64,000 nt of DNA from an archaeon (GCA_002688355.1 NZCT01000025.1:27175-91174), one strand, 5' to 3'. Shown: positions 29,065-39,568, counted from the first letter of the stretch. The notes: generated from the sequence alone by a model not told the origin. Numbers and translations are program-made.

Positions 29065-29880
29065 TTACAATCTCTTATTGATAACATTAAAAACTTCTTC
29101 AAAAAATAGAATATTAAAATCTTTATTTCTAAAATTCTTAAAATATAATTTCTTTAATTTGTTAAATGATCTTTCAGTTTCTTTTAACTTAATAGAATAA
29201 TTCTTTTCAATAGTATTTTTTAAAATATCAAAATTATTAGTTTTAAATTTCTCCAAAGACCAAACTACACTTAATAAAGATAATTCAAATTTCAAAATAT
29301 TTTCTTTTGAACCTTTTTTAAATAATACAGCAGAATTAACTTTTTTAGAGAATTGTTTTAGATAATATGTAATTAATTTATCTGAAAACTTTTTCTTAAC
29401 CAATAATTCATTAGCATACAACTCCTTTAACAATAATTTAGAATAGTTCATCATTCTAATTATAATTTCAAAATCATCTTTATGAATATTTAATTTGTTT
29501 ATGTTTTCAAATAAGACTTTCTTTAAATCTAAATTTATTTTCTTATTAAAATCATGAGAAAATTTAGAATGCATCAATTCATGCAATATCAAACCTTCTA
29601 AAGCAACGCTATCATCCAACAAATAGTTTTCATTTTTAATATCAATAATTATGTAATTATCTTCATTATGAGAATATGAAAAGGAAACATTCCTTTTACA
29701 AACATTATTGAAGTCTTTCTTTAATTCTTCAGATAAATTATTAGAAATAGGTCCACAATCCTCTTTATCTTCAATTATATAAAATACAACATTCTCAGGG
29801 ATTTTAATTCTTTTATTTATATTAGAGATTACATTTTCAAAATACTTTTTATCTAACCCTTTTTTTACAACTAGATTCAT
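29065..29880 (-). CDS. Putative zinc metallopeptidase (HExxH)
   Basis: LILHELMHSKFSH motif; no signal peptide. Confidence 0.4.
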   Translation of the reverse strand: MNLVVKKGLDKKYFENVISNINKRIKIPENVVFYIIEDKEDCGPISNNLSEELKKDFNNVCKRNVSFSYSHNEDNYIIIDIKNENYLLDDSVALEGLILHELMHSKFSHDFNKKINLDLKKVLFENINKLNIHKDDFEIIIRMMNYSKLLLKELYANELLVKKKFSDKLITYYLKQFSKKVNSAVLFKKGSKENILKFELSLLSVVWSLEKFKTNNFDILKNTIEKNYSIKLKETERSFNKLKKLYFKNFRNKDFNILFFEEVFNVINKRL

Positions 29881-29940
29881 ACTATAAAATTAGTATATTT
29901 TATATATAAGTTTATTTGATTTAATCAAGAGGTGAAATAG

Positions 29941-30951
29941 TTGAAGTTTTTATACAAATTAATGAATGCATTTGGTGTTTCTGGTTCAGAAGAAGAAGTG
30001 AGAGATATTATAAAAAAAGAAGTAAAGAAATATATTTCTGATATTAAAGTTGATAAATTAGGGAACTTAATAGTGCATAAAAAAGGTGATCAACCAAGAA
30101 TTATGGTTGCAGCTCATATGGATGAAATAGGCTTAATAATAAAATCAATAGATCATAAAGGAAGAATTCGTTTTTCATCTCTTGGAGGAATAGAACCTCT
30201 AACATTATTAGGACAAAGAGTACATATTTTTACAAAAAGAGATTTCATAAACGGATTTATTTCTTTAGATGAGATAAGTAATGATTCTATTTTACATAAA
30301 CTACCAGACATGCAAGATCTTTTCATAGACACAGGATTAAATAAAAAAGAATTAACTGAATTAGGAGTAGAAATAGGTTCTTCTTTAGCAACAGGACAAA
30401 GAAGAAATTTTAACCTAGGCAAAAAAGATATAATAGCAGGAAAAGCTTTAGATGATAGGATAGGTTGTTTTATCTTAATAGAATTAATAAAAAAAGCATA
30501 CAGATTCAAAAATGAAATTTACTTTGTCTTTACAGTTCAAGAAGAAATTGGTCTTTATGGGGCAAAGACCTCTGCTTACCAAATTGATCCAGAATATGCT
30601 CTAGTAGCAGAAACAACATCTTCAGATGACATGAAGTTTGAACCTTCAATAGAAATAGGCAAAGGACCTTGTTTAACAATTAAAAATGCTGAAAGTGTTA
30701 CAGATAAAAAAATAAACAAATGGATTAAAGAGACTGCAAAGAAAAAAGATATACCTTTACAATACGATATTAATGATATTGGAACAACAGACGCAATGAC
30801 AATCAGCATTTCAAAAGGAGGCGTTCCATCTTCAGTAGCTTCTGTACCAGTTAGAAACATCCATAGTGCAATGGGCATTTCTCATAAAGATGATATTGAA
30901 AATGCTATTATATTATTTGAAGAACTTCTTAAAAATCCCATAAAATATTAA
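29941..30951 (+). CDS. M42 family aminopeptidase, paralogue of 23672-24691 (TTG start)
   Basis: MVAAHMDEIGLIIKSIDHKGRIRF, ALDDRIGC, QEEIGLYGAKTSAY. Confidence 0.8.
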   Translation: MKFLYKLMNAFGVSGSEEEVRDIIKKEVKKYISDIKVDKLGNLIVHKKGDQPRIMVAAHMDEIGLIIKSIDHKGRIRFSSLGGIEPLTLLGQRVHIFTKRDFINGFISLDEISNDSILHKLPDMQDLFIDTGLNKKELTELGVEIGSSLATGQRRNFNLGKKDIIAGKALDDRIGCFILIELIKKAYRFKNEIYFVFTVQEEIGLYGAKTSAYQIDPEYALVAETTSSDDMKFEPSIEIGKGPCLTIKNAESVTDKKINKWIKETAKKKDIPLQYDINDIGTTDAMTISISKGGVPSSVASVPVRNIHSAMGISHKDDIENAIILFEELLKNPIKY

Positions 30952-30952
30952 T

Positions 30953-31885
30953 ATGAAAAATAAAACTATAATTATCGCTTTAGGTGGAAATGCTTTAATC
31001 AAAAAAGGAGAAAAACATACTTCTAGGAATCTTGTTAAGAACATTTCTAAAGTTTGCAAAAATATAATTCCAATTATAAAAGATAATAAAACAATTATTT
31101 CTCATGGTAATGGTCCAGAAATAGGTTACCTATTATTGCAAAATGAAGCTTCTAAAAAATTACCACAAATGCCTCTAGATATTTTAGGAGCACAATCTCA
31201 AGGATTAATCGGTTATCCTTTGGAAGAACAATTATTAAATGAATTAAGAAAGAAAAACATTAAAAGAAATATTTCCACAATACTTACACAAGTTCTCGTA
31301 GATAAAAAAGATCCTGCTTTTAAAGAACCAACAAAATTCGTTGGTCCATATTACACAAAACAACAAGCAAAAAAATTATCTAAAAAAGGAATGAAAATAA
31401 AAGAGGATTCTAAAAAAGGATACAGAAGAGTAGTTCCTTCCCCAAAACCAATTAAAATCATAGAAGAAAATACAATTAAGAAATTAGTCAATAAAAATAA
31501 CATAACCATAGCAGCAGGTGGTGGAGGAATTCCAGTAATAAGGAAAAATAATTTGCTTCAAGGAATAGAGGCTGTAATAGATAAAGATCTAGCAAGTTCA
31601 TTATTAGCAAAATCAGTAAAGGCTAGTTTATTGTTAATATTAACAGATATACCTAAGGTTGCAATTAATTTTAAACAAAAGAATCAGAGATTTTTAAGTT
31701 CAGTAGATATAAAAACAATCAAGTTATACAAAGAGCAAGGACATTTTCCTCCTGGAAGTATGGGTCCAAAAATTGATGCAGCAATAGATTTTTTAGAGAA
31801 CAAAGGCAAAAAAGTCATAATAACAAATCCAGAAAATGCTTACAAAGCTTTATTAGGTAAAGCTGGTACAATAGTAACTAAATAA
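30953..31885 (+). CDS. arcC: Carbamate kinase
   Basis: IIALGGNALI, HGNGPEIGY. Confidence 0.85.
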   Translation: MKNKTIIIALGGNALIKKGEKHTSRNLVKNISKVCKNIIPIIKDNKTIISHGNGPEIGYLLLQNEASKKLPQMPLDILGAQSQGLIGYPLEEQLLNELRKKNIKRNISTILTQVLVDKKDPAFKEPTKFVGPYYTKQQAKKLSKKGMKIKEDSKKGYRRVVPSPKPIKIIEENTIKKLVNKNNITIAAGGGGIPVIRKNNLLQGIEAVIDKDLASSLLAKSVKASLLLILTDIPKVAINFKQKNQRFLSSVDIKTIKLYKEQGHFPPGSMGPKIDAAIDFLENKGKKVIITNPENAYKALLGKAGTIVTK

Positions 31886-31893
31886 AAAAGAGG

Positions 31894-33216
31894 TTGATGA
31901 TGAGTAAAATAAATGTTATAATTGCAGGTGCAGGTGGCAGAGATTTTCAAAACTTTTTAGTTTATTTTAAAAATAACTCAAACTTCAATGTAGTTGCGTT
32001 TACAGCAACACAAATCCCAGGTATAGAAAAAAGACATTTTCCTAAAGAACTTTCAGGATCTAAATACAAAAAAGGAATAAAAATCTACCCTGAAAAAGAT
32101 CTTCCAAATTTAATAAAAAAATTAAATGTAGACTATGTTTACTTATGTTATTCTGATTTAAGTCATCAACAAGTTGGAGATATTGCTTCTGTTGTTTTAG
32201 CAAATGGCGCAAATTTTGGTTTACTTGGAACAGAACAAACCTGGATCAAATCTAAAATTCCAGTAATAAGTGTTTGTGCTGTTCGTACAGGTTGTGGTAA
32301 ATCTAGAGTTACAAGAAAAATTGGACTTTACTTAAAAAGTAAAAATAAGAGATTTGTAATTTTAAGACATCCAATGCCTTATGGAGATTTAAACAAACAA
32401 GCTGTTCAAAAATTTTATACTTATGAAGATCTAATAAAGGCAAAATGTACTGTAGAAGAATTAGAAGAATATGAACACCATATAAGGCAAGGGTTTCCAG
32501 TATTTGCAGGTGTTGACTATGAAAAAATTCTAAGAGAAGCAGAAAAAGAAGCAGATGTAATATTATGGGATGGTGGAAATAATGATTTTTCTTTCATAAA
32601 ACCAGACTTGAATTTAGTTTTGGTAGATCCTAGAAGAGCTGGCCATGGTTTAAGCTATTATCCTGGAGAGGTTAACTTACGTATAGCAGATATTGTTATT
32701 GTTAATAGAATGTTTGGGATTACTAATGAACAAATTCAAAAAGTAAAAGATAATGTAAAATCAGTAAATAAAAATTCAAAAATTGTTGATGTTACTTCTT
32801 TAGTTTTAGTAGAAGATCCTAAATTAATTAGAAATAAAAAAGTTTTAATTATTGGAGATGGACCTACATTAACTCATGGTGGTATGGCAACAGGAATTGG
32901 AACAGCGGCTGCTATTAAATATAAAGCAAAGAAAATTGTAGAACCAAGAAAATATGCCGTAGGTTCAATAAAAGAAACTTATGAAAAATTCCCACATCTA
33001 AAGTCAGAATTATCTGCAATGGGTTATAGCAAAAAACAATTAAAAGATCTTGAGAAATCTATAAATAGAGTTCCTTGTGATATAATAATTGATGGAACTC
33101 CTTCAGATATTAAGAAATTAATTAAAATAAAAAAAGAAGTTATTTACTCTGGATATGATATAGATGAAAAAACATTAGGTCCAATATACAAAGCAATTGA
33201 TAAAATAATAAAATGA
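31894..33216 (+). CDS. P-loop NTPase-domain protein of unknown function (possibly COG2403 / cyclic-2,3-diphosphoglycerate-synthetase-like)
   Basis: N-terminal Rossmann-like VIIAGAGGRD; Walker-A-like AVRTGCGKSRVT; translationally coupled (ATGA overlap) to the downstream carbamoyltransferase. Confidence 0.35.
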   Translation: MMMSKINVIIAGAGGRDFQNFLVYFKNNSNFNVVAFTATQIPGIEKRHFPKELSGSKYKKGIKIYPEKDLPNLIKKLNVDYVYLCYSDLSHQQVGDIASVVLANGANFGLLGTEQTWIKSKIPVISVCAVRTGCGKSRVTRKIGLYLKSKNKRFVILRHPMPYGDLNKQAVQKFYTYEDLIKAKCTVEELEEYEHHIRQGFPVFAGVDYEKILREAEKEADVILWDGGNNDFSFIKPDLNLVLVDPRRAGHGLSYYPGEVNLRIADIVIVNRMFGITNEQIQKVKDNVKSVNKNSKIVDVTSLVLVEDPKLIRNKKVLIIGDGPTLTHGGMATGIGTAAAIKYKAKKIVEPRKYAVGSIKETYEKFPHLKSELSAMGYSKKQLKDLEKSINRVPCDIIIDGTPSDIKKLIKIKKEVIYSGYDIDEKTLGPIYKAIDKIIK

Positions 33217-34115
33217 GACATTTACTTTCAATAGAAGAATTAGAAAAAAAAGATATCTTAGATATTATAAATTTAGCAATTAAAATTAAAAAAAAATCAA
33301 AACACTATTCTAAATTAATGTACGAGAAATCTTTGTTAATGATTTTTGAATTACCATCGTTAAGAACAAGAATATCTTTTGAAACAGCAATGACTCAAAT
33401 GGGTGGTCACGCAATTAACTATTATACAATACATTCTCCATGGGGAGTGGGTAAAGAATCTATTGAAGACGTAGGTAATGTTGTTTCTCGTTATGTAAAT
33501 GCTGTAATGACAAGAATAAAAGATCATAATGAAATAGTTAAGCTAGCACAAAATTCACAAGTTCCAATAATAAATGGATTATCAAATAAAGAACATCCTT
33601 GCCAAATATTAGGAGATTTATTAACAATATATGAAAAAGGAAAATTAAAAAATTTAAAATTAGCTTATCTTGGAGATGCAAATAATAATGTAACATATTC
33701 TCTAATGCATGCTTGTAGTAAAATGGGCATACAAATGAGTATAGCTTGTCCACAAACAGAAGAATTTCTTCCATCCGAAGACGTAATAAGAAAAACTAAA
33801 ACTAAAGTTTTCAAAAATCCAGGAGATGCTACAAGAAACGCTGATGTTGTTTACACAGATTCTTGGATGAGTTACTCAATTCCTAAAAAAGAAAAAATAA
33901 GAAGAACTAAAGCTCTTAAAAGATATCAAGTCACTAAAGATTTAATGGGAATAACAAAAAAAGATTCTATATTTATGCACTGTCTTCCTGCTTTACGTGA
34001 ACACGAAGTTACTAAAGATGTTATAGACGGATCTAAAAGTGTAGTGTTTGATCAAGCTGAAAATAGAATGCATATACAAAAAGCAATTATTACATGGTGT
34101 TTGGGAAAGCTTTAA
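33213..34115 (+). CDS. arcB: Ornithine/putrescine carbamoyltransferase family protein
   Basis: SLRTR carbamoyl-phosphate motif, HCLPA motif; C-terminal DxW-S-M box diverged. Confidence 0.75.
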   Translation: MRHLLSIEELEKKDILDIINLAIKIKKKSKHYSKLMYEKSLLMIFELPSLRTRISFETAMTQMGGHAINYYTIHSPWGVGKESIEDVGNVVSRYVNAVMTRIKDHNEIVKLAQNSQVPIINGLSNKEHPCQILGDLLTIYEKGKLKNLKLAYLGDANNNVTYSLMHACSKMGIQMSIACPQTEEFLPSEDVIRKTKTKVFKNPGDATRNADVVYTDSWMSYSIPKKEKIRRTKALKRYQVTKDLMGITKKDSIFMHCLPALREHEVTKDVIDGSKSVVFDQAENRMHIQKAIITWCLGKL

Positions 34116-34139
34116 AAATATTATAATTAAACTGTTTTT

Positions 34140-34460
34140 ATGATTAAGTTAGATATTGAAAGAATAATAGAAGAAGCTGATCCTGAAAAACCAATAAAAT
34201 TATCTTGGAATACTTATGTAATTAAACACGGAAATTCTTACGAAACATGTACAATGGATAATACACACCTAAGAATTAGTTTTTTTGATAAAAGAGGACA
34301 GGAAAAAAATTATATCAGTCAAAGATTCGAAACAATTATCACTAAAACAAGAACAGTAATAGAATATTTTTCCGTAAAAAGAAAGTTAAATCAATTTGAT
34401 TTAACTGTTGAAACTCCAAATGAAATAGGCCATAATTTTCTTTATCCAAAAACCTTTTAA
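34140..34460 (+). CDS. Hypothetical protein
   Basis: ORF only. Confidence 0.3.
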   Translation: MIKLDIERIIEEADPEKPIKLSWNTYVIKHGNSYETCTMDNTHLRISFFDKRGQEKNYISQRFETIITKTRTVIEYFSVKRKLNQFDLTVETPNEIGHNFLYPKTF

Positions 34461-34484
34461 ACCATTCTTTACAATTTTTATAAA

Positions 34485-34994
34485 ATGGGTATGTACAAAT
34501 ATATTCAAAAAATCTGGAAAAAGCCAGTTGAAAATCTTGGTGAAACTCTAAGAAATAGAATGATAGAGTGGAGAACATCAGAAACTGTTGTTAGAGTTGA
34601 AAAACCAACAAGATTAGATAGAGCTCATGCTCTTGGCTACAAAGCAAAGAAAGGATATATTATTGTTCGTGTTCGTGTTAGTAAGGGTAGAAGAATGAGA
34701 GAAAAACCTGCAGGTGGTAGAAGGTCTAAACATTCTGGAAGAAGAAAAGTTGTTTCTAAAAGTTACCAATGGATTGCAGAGGAAAGAGCAAATAGAAGAT
34801 ATGTAAATTGTGAAGTTCTTAACAGTTATCCATTGATCTCAGATGGAAAATTCCATTTTTTTGAAGTTATATTGTTAGACAGAGTAACTGCAGCTAAATA
34901 TCCAAAAGCTAGCTGGGTAATTAACAATCAAGGTAGAGTTTACAGAGGTAAAACAAGCGCTGGCCAAAAATCTAGAGGATTAAGAAAAAAATAA
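34485..34994 (+). CDS. rpl15e: Ribosomal protein eL15
   Basis: MYKYIQKIWKKP...RLDRAHALGYKAKKGYIIVRVRV..GRR. Confidence 0.85.
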   Translation: MGMYKYIQKIWKKPVENLGETLRNRMIEWRTSETVVRVEKPTRLDRAHALGYKAKKGYIIVRVRVSKGRRMREKPAGGRRSKHSGRRKVVSKSYQWIAEERANRRYVNCEVLNSYPLISDGKFHFFEVILLDRVTAAKYPKASWVINNQGRVYRGKTSAGQKSRGLRKK

Positions 34995-35025
34995 TCTTAT
35001 AAACTAATTCTTTATCTAATACTAT

Positions 35026-36045
35026 ATGATATCTCTTAAAAAAATTAAAGATCAATTAGAAAAATCAGAAAATCCATTAATATTATATGATGATGATCCT
35101 GATGGGTTATGTTCCTATTTATTATTAAAAAGATCATTCCCAAAAGCATCTGGTTTTATTGTAAAAAGTTCTCCTTACGTTACAGAAGAAATAGTTCCAT
35201 TAATTAGAAATTATTATCCTGATTTAATTGTAATAGTAGATAAACCTGTAGTAACACAAGATTTCGTAGATAAAATAGCTGTTCCAATAATTTGGATAGA
35301 TCACCATCCAATCATAAAACTAAAAGGTGTAACTTATTTTAACCCAAGATTAAAAGATCCAGAAGATAATAGACCAACAACACATTGGTGTTATAATTTA
35401 GTCAAAAAAGATATGTGGATAGCAGCTATAGGGATAATATCTGATTGGGCAAAGCCAAGTTTCTTCAAAAAATTCGTAAAAGAATATCCTGGTTTAGCAG
35501 ATGAAAACGCAAAAAAAGAAGACGTATTATTCAGCTCAGAATTAGGAAACCTAATCAAAATATTTGATTTCATCTTAAAAAATAATACTTCCACAATCAA
35601 TAAATGTGTAAATGTTCTAACAAGAATAGAAACACCATATGAAATAATTAATCAAGAAACAAAAGAAGGAAAATATATTTACTCAAATGCTAAGAAGTTC
35701 GCAAAAAGATACGATGACTTATTCGCTAAGGCAATTAAAATCAAACCAGATGGAAATATAGTAATCTTTACTTATACAACAAAACTAACTAGCTTCACTG
35801 GAGAGATAGCTAATGCATTAAACTATAAACATAAAGACAAAGTTATTTTCGTAGGAAGACAAAAAGAAGATAGAATTAATTTTAGTCTAAGAAGTGAAAA
35901 AATAAAAGTTCGTCCTATCTTAGATAAAGCAATAAAAGGTTTAGATGGTTCTGGTGGCGGACATGATTTTGCTTGTGGCGGTAATATATTATCAAGAGAT
36001 TTTTCAGAGTTTATAGAAAAGGTAAGAAAATACGTAAACAAATGA
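35026..36045 (+). CDS. DHH-DHHA1 phosphoesterase (NrnA / small archaeal RecJ-like)
   Basis: DDDPDGLCS (motif I), IWIDHHP (DHH), DGSGGGHDFACGG (DHHA1 GGGH). Confidence 0.7.
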   Translation: MISLKKIKDQLEKSENPLILYDDDPDGLCSYLLLKRSFPKASGFIVKSSPYVTEEIVPLIRNYYPDLIVIVDKPVVTQDFVDKIAVPIIWIDHHPIIKLKGVTYFNPRLKDPEDNRPTTHWCYNLVKKDMWIAAIGIISDWAKPSFFKKFVKEYPGLADENAKKEDVLFSSELGNLIKIFDFILKNNTSTINKCVNVLTRIETPYEIINQETKEGKYIYSNAKKFAKRYDDLFAKAIKIKPDGNIVIFTYTTKLTSFTGEIANALNYKHKDKVIFVGRQKEDRINFSLRSEKIKVRPILDKAIKGLDGSGGGHDFACGGNILSRDFSEFIEKVRKYVNK

Positions 36046-36584
36046 GACAAAATAGAATATTATTAATTATTGCAGCTATTATATTATTTGTCTTATCTTT
36101 ATTATATGATAAACAGATATTATTATTCGTAACTCAAAATAGAATTGAACTTTTAAATCCAGCATTTATATTCTTAGATAAAATAAATGGATTAGCAATA
36201 TTCTCAATTTTCTTAATATATTTCTTAATAAAAAAACAATATAAAACAATAAAACCTTATCTACTCAATATAGTAATAGTAACAATAATAACATACGGGT
36301 TGAAGTTTTTAATTTCTAGACCTAGGCCAACTGAAGAATTCTTACCTCTAATAATCAAATCTGGATTATCCTCAAACTTCTCTTTTCCAAGTGGCCATAC
36401 AACTGCAGCATTCTCAATATTATTATTCTTAGAAACAAAGGAAGAGATAATAACGTGGATTATTATATCATCTTTCTTAGCAATCTTAAGATTATATTTA
36501 GGTGTTCATTACTTATCTGATGTACTTTCGGGAGTAGTTTTAGGACTGTTTTTAGCATATATAGCCAAGAAATCAGTAAAATAG
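36042..36584 (+). CDS. PAP2-family membrane phosphatase
   Basis: KxxxxxxRPRP, FPSGHT, LGVHYLSD motifs; multi-TM. Confidence 0.75.
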   Translation: MRQNRILLIIAAIILFVLSLLYDKQILLFVTQNRIELLNPAFIFLDKINGLAIFSIFLIYFLIKKQYKTIKPYLLNIVIVTIITYGLKFLISRPRPTEEFLPLIIKSGLSSNFSFPSGHTTAAFSILLFLETKEEIITWIIISSFLAILRLYLGVHYLSDVLSGVVLGLFLAYIAKKSVK

Positions 36585-36672
36585 TAACATTATTAAACAA
36601 AAATTCTCCATCGTTAACTTTATAAATGTTTTTAACTCTAAAATAACAACACTAATAGGGGGAATTATAATA

Positions 36673-38637
36673 ATGAAATACACTAAAATTTTATTCGCAA
36701 TAATATTTATATTAGCTTTATTTACAGGCTTAGATCAAGTTAGTGCATTAACAATTACAAATCCAAGTAATGTAAATGCTGATCCAAGCACTACAGCAAG
36801 TTTAACTTTTAACATAGATAATAGCGCAGTAACTGATATAGAAAAAACATTGTCATTTACAAGTTCAGTATTAAAACTTACAAGCGATAATACAAAAACA
36901 ATAACAGGTCCAACTATAGCAACCCAAACGTTTGCTATAAATACTGTGAGAGACGTGTCTTTTACAGTAGTAATACCTTCAACACCAGCTGGAACATATT
37001 CTGGAACTATAACTCCAAATGATGGTGCAGCAGATCTTGAAGATTTAACATATTCTGTTATTGTTAATTCTAAAGAAGATTTTTCTTTAGATAAAACAAA
37101 TTTACTAATAGGTGTACAAACAGATGGTGAAAATACAGGAGTCTTTACAGTAACAAACAAAGGTAGTGTAGATTTAACAGCAGATGTAGCAATTATTGGT
37201 ACTTTTAAAGATTCAAGTGAAAATGAACTTAAATTTGATCCAATAACTCAATTTACATTAGCAATAGGGGCTACAAAAGATATAACAATAAGAGTAACTG
37301 AAGAAGACGATATTGATTTAGGAACTTATACAGGATTAATAAGAGTAACTTCAACACAAAGCTTAGTAAAAGAAATATCAACATTTAGTGTTTTAGTTGA
37401 TCCAGAAATTTGTTCTGAAGGAAGAACAAAAAACAACATAAGAGTACCTTCATCTTCAGACCCTATTTTAAAAATCGATATTAAAGAACCAGGTTCTGGT
37501 GACGATCTTTACCCTGGTGACGAAATCGAAATCGAAGTTGATGTAGATAACCAAGGCCCAGATGATCTAGACGTTACAGTTGAAGCTATTCTTTTAAACT
37601 TAGATGACAACGATGAAGTTGAATCTGTTGAAGTAACTGAAGGAGTAAACGAAGATAAAGAAGAATCTTTCAAATTACTATTAACAGTTCCAGTTGATGA
37701 AGATATGACTGATAAAGATGATTATTCAATCTACATAAAAGCATATGATGATGATGACGAAGATTCAGATTGTAACTATGACAACGTTGATGTTGATTTC
37801 AAAAGAAGATCAAATGATGTTTTAATAAACAACTTCAATATTGAACCAACAATAGTATCTTGTAACTCTAATATTAGATTTACTGTTGATGTTGAAAATG
37901 TAGGTAAGAAAGAAGATAGCAATGTACAACTTAAAATATTAAATTCAGAATTAGGAATAAATCTAATTTCAGATGTATTCTTCTTGGATGAATTTGATAG
38001 ATCTGACAACATAGCTAAGAAATCATTTTCTCACTTCCTACCAGCGTCAGTAAAACAAGGAATCTATTCAATGGAAGCAATTGTCTTCTATAACAAAGGT
38101 TCAAAAAGTAGAAGTGAATTCACAGATCTAGAAGTAACTTGTGGTGACTCAGGTACAGGAACTGGAACAACAGGATCTGTAAACTTACTACAAAGTACAT
38201 TTTCAGCTACAGAAGGACAACAATTATCTGTTCCTGTTAAAATTATGAACCCAACAAGTTCAGCAGTAACATATACTGTAGAATTAATTCCAACAGGGAA
38301 TTGGGCAGATGTAGTGTCTCAACAAGAATCTGTACAAGCTGGTCAAGAGTCAACAGTATTTGTCTATCCTTTAATTAAACAAGGAACACAATCAGGCACA
38401 TACACAGGTGCAATAAACTTAAAGGAAGGAAGCAATATTCTATCTACTTCAAGTATTAGTGTTAACATACCACAAACAGGTACAGAATCTAATGCGGGAA
38501 CAGGTGGAGCAGTATTCCAACCAACAGGTTCATTTGTTCAAGACTGGATTGAAAACGGAAGAATATTCTGGATACTAGGAATAGTAGTACTAGCATTACT
38601 AGTAGTATTATTTGTTAGAATTATATTCAGAAAATAA
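36673..38637 (+). CDS. Large surface (S-layer-like) protein: signal peptide, Thr-rich Ig/CARDB-like domains, acidic D/E stretch, C-terminal TM anchor
   Basis: Signal MKYTKILFAIIFILALFTG; CARDB-like NNFNIEPTIVSCNSNIRFTVDVENVGKKEDSNV; TM IFWILGIVVLALLVVLFV + RIIFRK. Confidence 0.6.
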   Translation: MKYTKILFAIIFILALFTGLDQVSALTITNPSNVNADPSTTASLTFNIDNSAVTDIEKTLSFTSSVLKLTSDNTKTITGPTIATQTFAINTVRDVSFTVVIPSTPAGTYSGTITPNDGAADLEDLTYSVIVNSKEDFSLDKTNLLIGVQTDGENTGVFTVTNKGSVDLTADVAIIGTFKDSSENELKFDPITQFTLAIGATKDITIRVTEEDDIDLGTYTGLIRVTSTQSLVKEISTFSVLVDPEICSEGRTKNNIRVPSSSDPILKIDIKEPGSGDDLYPGDEIEIEVDVDNQGPDDLDVTVEAILLNLDDNDEVESVEVTEGVNEDKEESFKLLLTVPVDEDMTDKDDYSIYIKAYDDDDEDSDCNYDNVDVDFKRRSNDVLINNFNIEPTIVSCNSNIRFTVDVENVGKKEDSNVQLKILNSELGINLISDVFFLDEFDRSDNIAKKSFSHFLPASVKQGIYSMEAIVFYNKGSKSRSEFTDLEVTCGDSGTGTGTTGSVNLLQSTFSATEGQQLSVPVKIMNPTSSAVTYTVELIPTGNWADVVSQQESVQAGQESTVFVYPLIKQGTQSGTYTGAINLKEGSNILSTSSISVNIPQTGTESNAGTGGAVFQPTGSFVQDWIENGRIFWILGIVVLALLVVLFVRIIFRK

Positions 38638-38652
38638 TTCTATTTTCTTTTT

Positions 38653-39405
38653 TTATTTCTTTATATTTTTTATTATAAACTCAGAAATTAGTTTAATCAT
38701 TTTATTAAAATCCTTTTCTTCAGAAAATCTATGATTAGCACCTTCTATAATTTCTAATTTACAGTCTTTTATTATCTTAGAAACCTTCTTACTTTGTTCT
38801 ACTGGAACGGCTTCATCCTTATCACCATGAACTATTAAAGTAGGAATATTAATACTCTCAGCAGCCTTATAACCGTCTATATTAACAGAATCTTCATAGA
38901 ATGAATAGTTTAATCTAAGATTTTTTTGATATTCTAAAAAGCCTTTTTCCTTCCACTTTTCAGGGCTTATTCTATAACCTTTAGTTATTAATTCTTCCAT
39001 ATGATTAGATACAGGACACTTTAAAACTAATAGATAAATCCCATTACCTAATTTAGAAGCAGCTAAAATACTAACAATACCACCAAAACTTCCTCCAACA
39101 AGACCTAATTTCTTGTATCCTTTTTCTTTCAAAAATTTAACACAATTTAGAACTTCATCAACACCTTCAGATATTGTAATATTTTCAAACTTACCTTCAC
39201 TTTCTCCATGTCCATAAAAGTCAAACCTAAATGTAGAAATATTATTTTCATTTAGAACTTTTTCTAGTTCAATATTTGTGCTACTTTCTTTACTTGAAGC
39301 AAAACCATGAGATAATATAATTAAAGGATTCTCTTTATTAGAGCTTGACAAAATCCCACAGAGTTTATCCCCTTTACTATTTTCAAAATATATTTTTTCT
39401 TGCAT
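38653..39405 (-). CDS. Alpha/beta hydrolase (dienelactone hydrolase / S9-like)
   Basis: GxSxG nucleophile elbow LVGGSFGG; VHGDKDEAVP; terminal His region. Confidence 0.7.
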   Translation of the reverse strand: MQEKIYFENSKGDKLCGILSSSNKENPLIILSHGFASSKESSTNIELEKVLNENNISTFRFDFYGHGESEGKFENITISEGVDEVLNCVKFLKEKGYKKLGLVGGSFGGIVSILAASKLGNGIYLLVLKCPVSNHMEELITKGYRISPEKWKEKGFLEYQKNLRLNYSFYEDSVNIDGYKAAESINIPTLIVHGDKDEAVPVEQSKKVSKIIKDCKLEIIEGANHRFSEEKDFNKMIKLISEFIIKNIKK

Positions 39406-39414
39406 TTTAATAAA

Positions 39415-39519
39415 AGGATCCAGCCGGATTTGAACCGGCGATGACCGCTATCTCCCAATGGACTGCAGGTTGAACTAACAAATTGTTATCGGTTCCCTTG
39501 ACCACTTGGGCATGGATCC
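39415..39519 (-). tRNA. tRNA gene with a ~30-40-nt insertion (probable intron) in the anticodon region; isotype undetermined
   Basis: Reverse complement has acceptor GGATCCA/TGGATCC, D-arm CCCA-AGTGGTCA-(A)GGG, T-arm GCCGG-TTCAAAT-CCGGC; 105 nt total. Confidence 0.55.
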
Positions 39520-39568
39520 ATTAAGATATCCACATAGTAGAACTTTATAACCTTTTTTATAATTTAAG

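Noticed and set aside
36735-37160. 141-aa minus-strand ORF within the large surface-protein gene
   Set aside because: It is antisense to the Thr-rich repeat region; spurious.
39416-39519. GGATCC palindromes at both ends of the tRNA at 39415-39519, initially suspected to be terminal inverted repeats of a MITE
   Set aside because: They are simply the two strands of a palindromic acceptor stem (GGATCCA/TGGATCC); the internal sequence has standard D and T arms.
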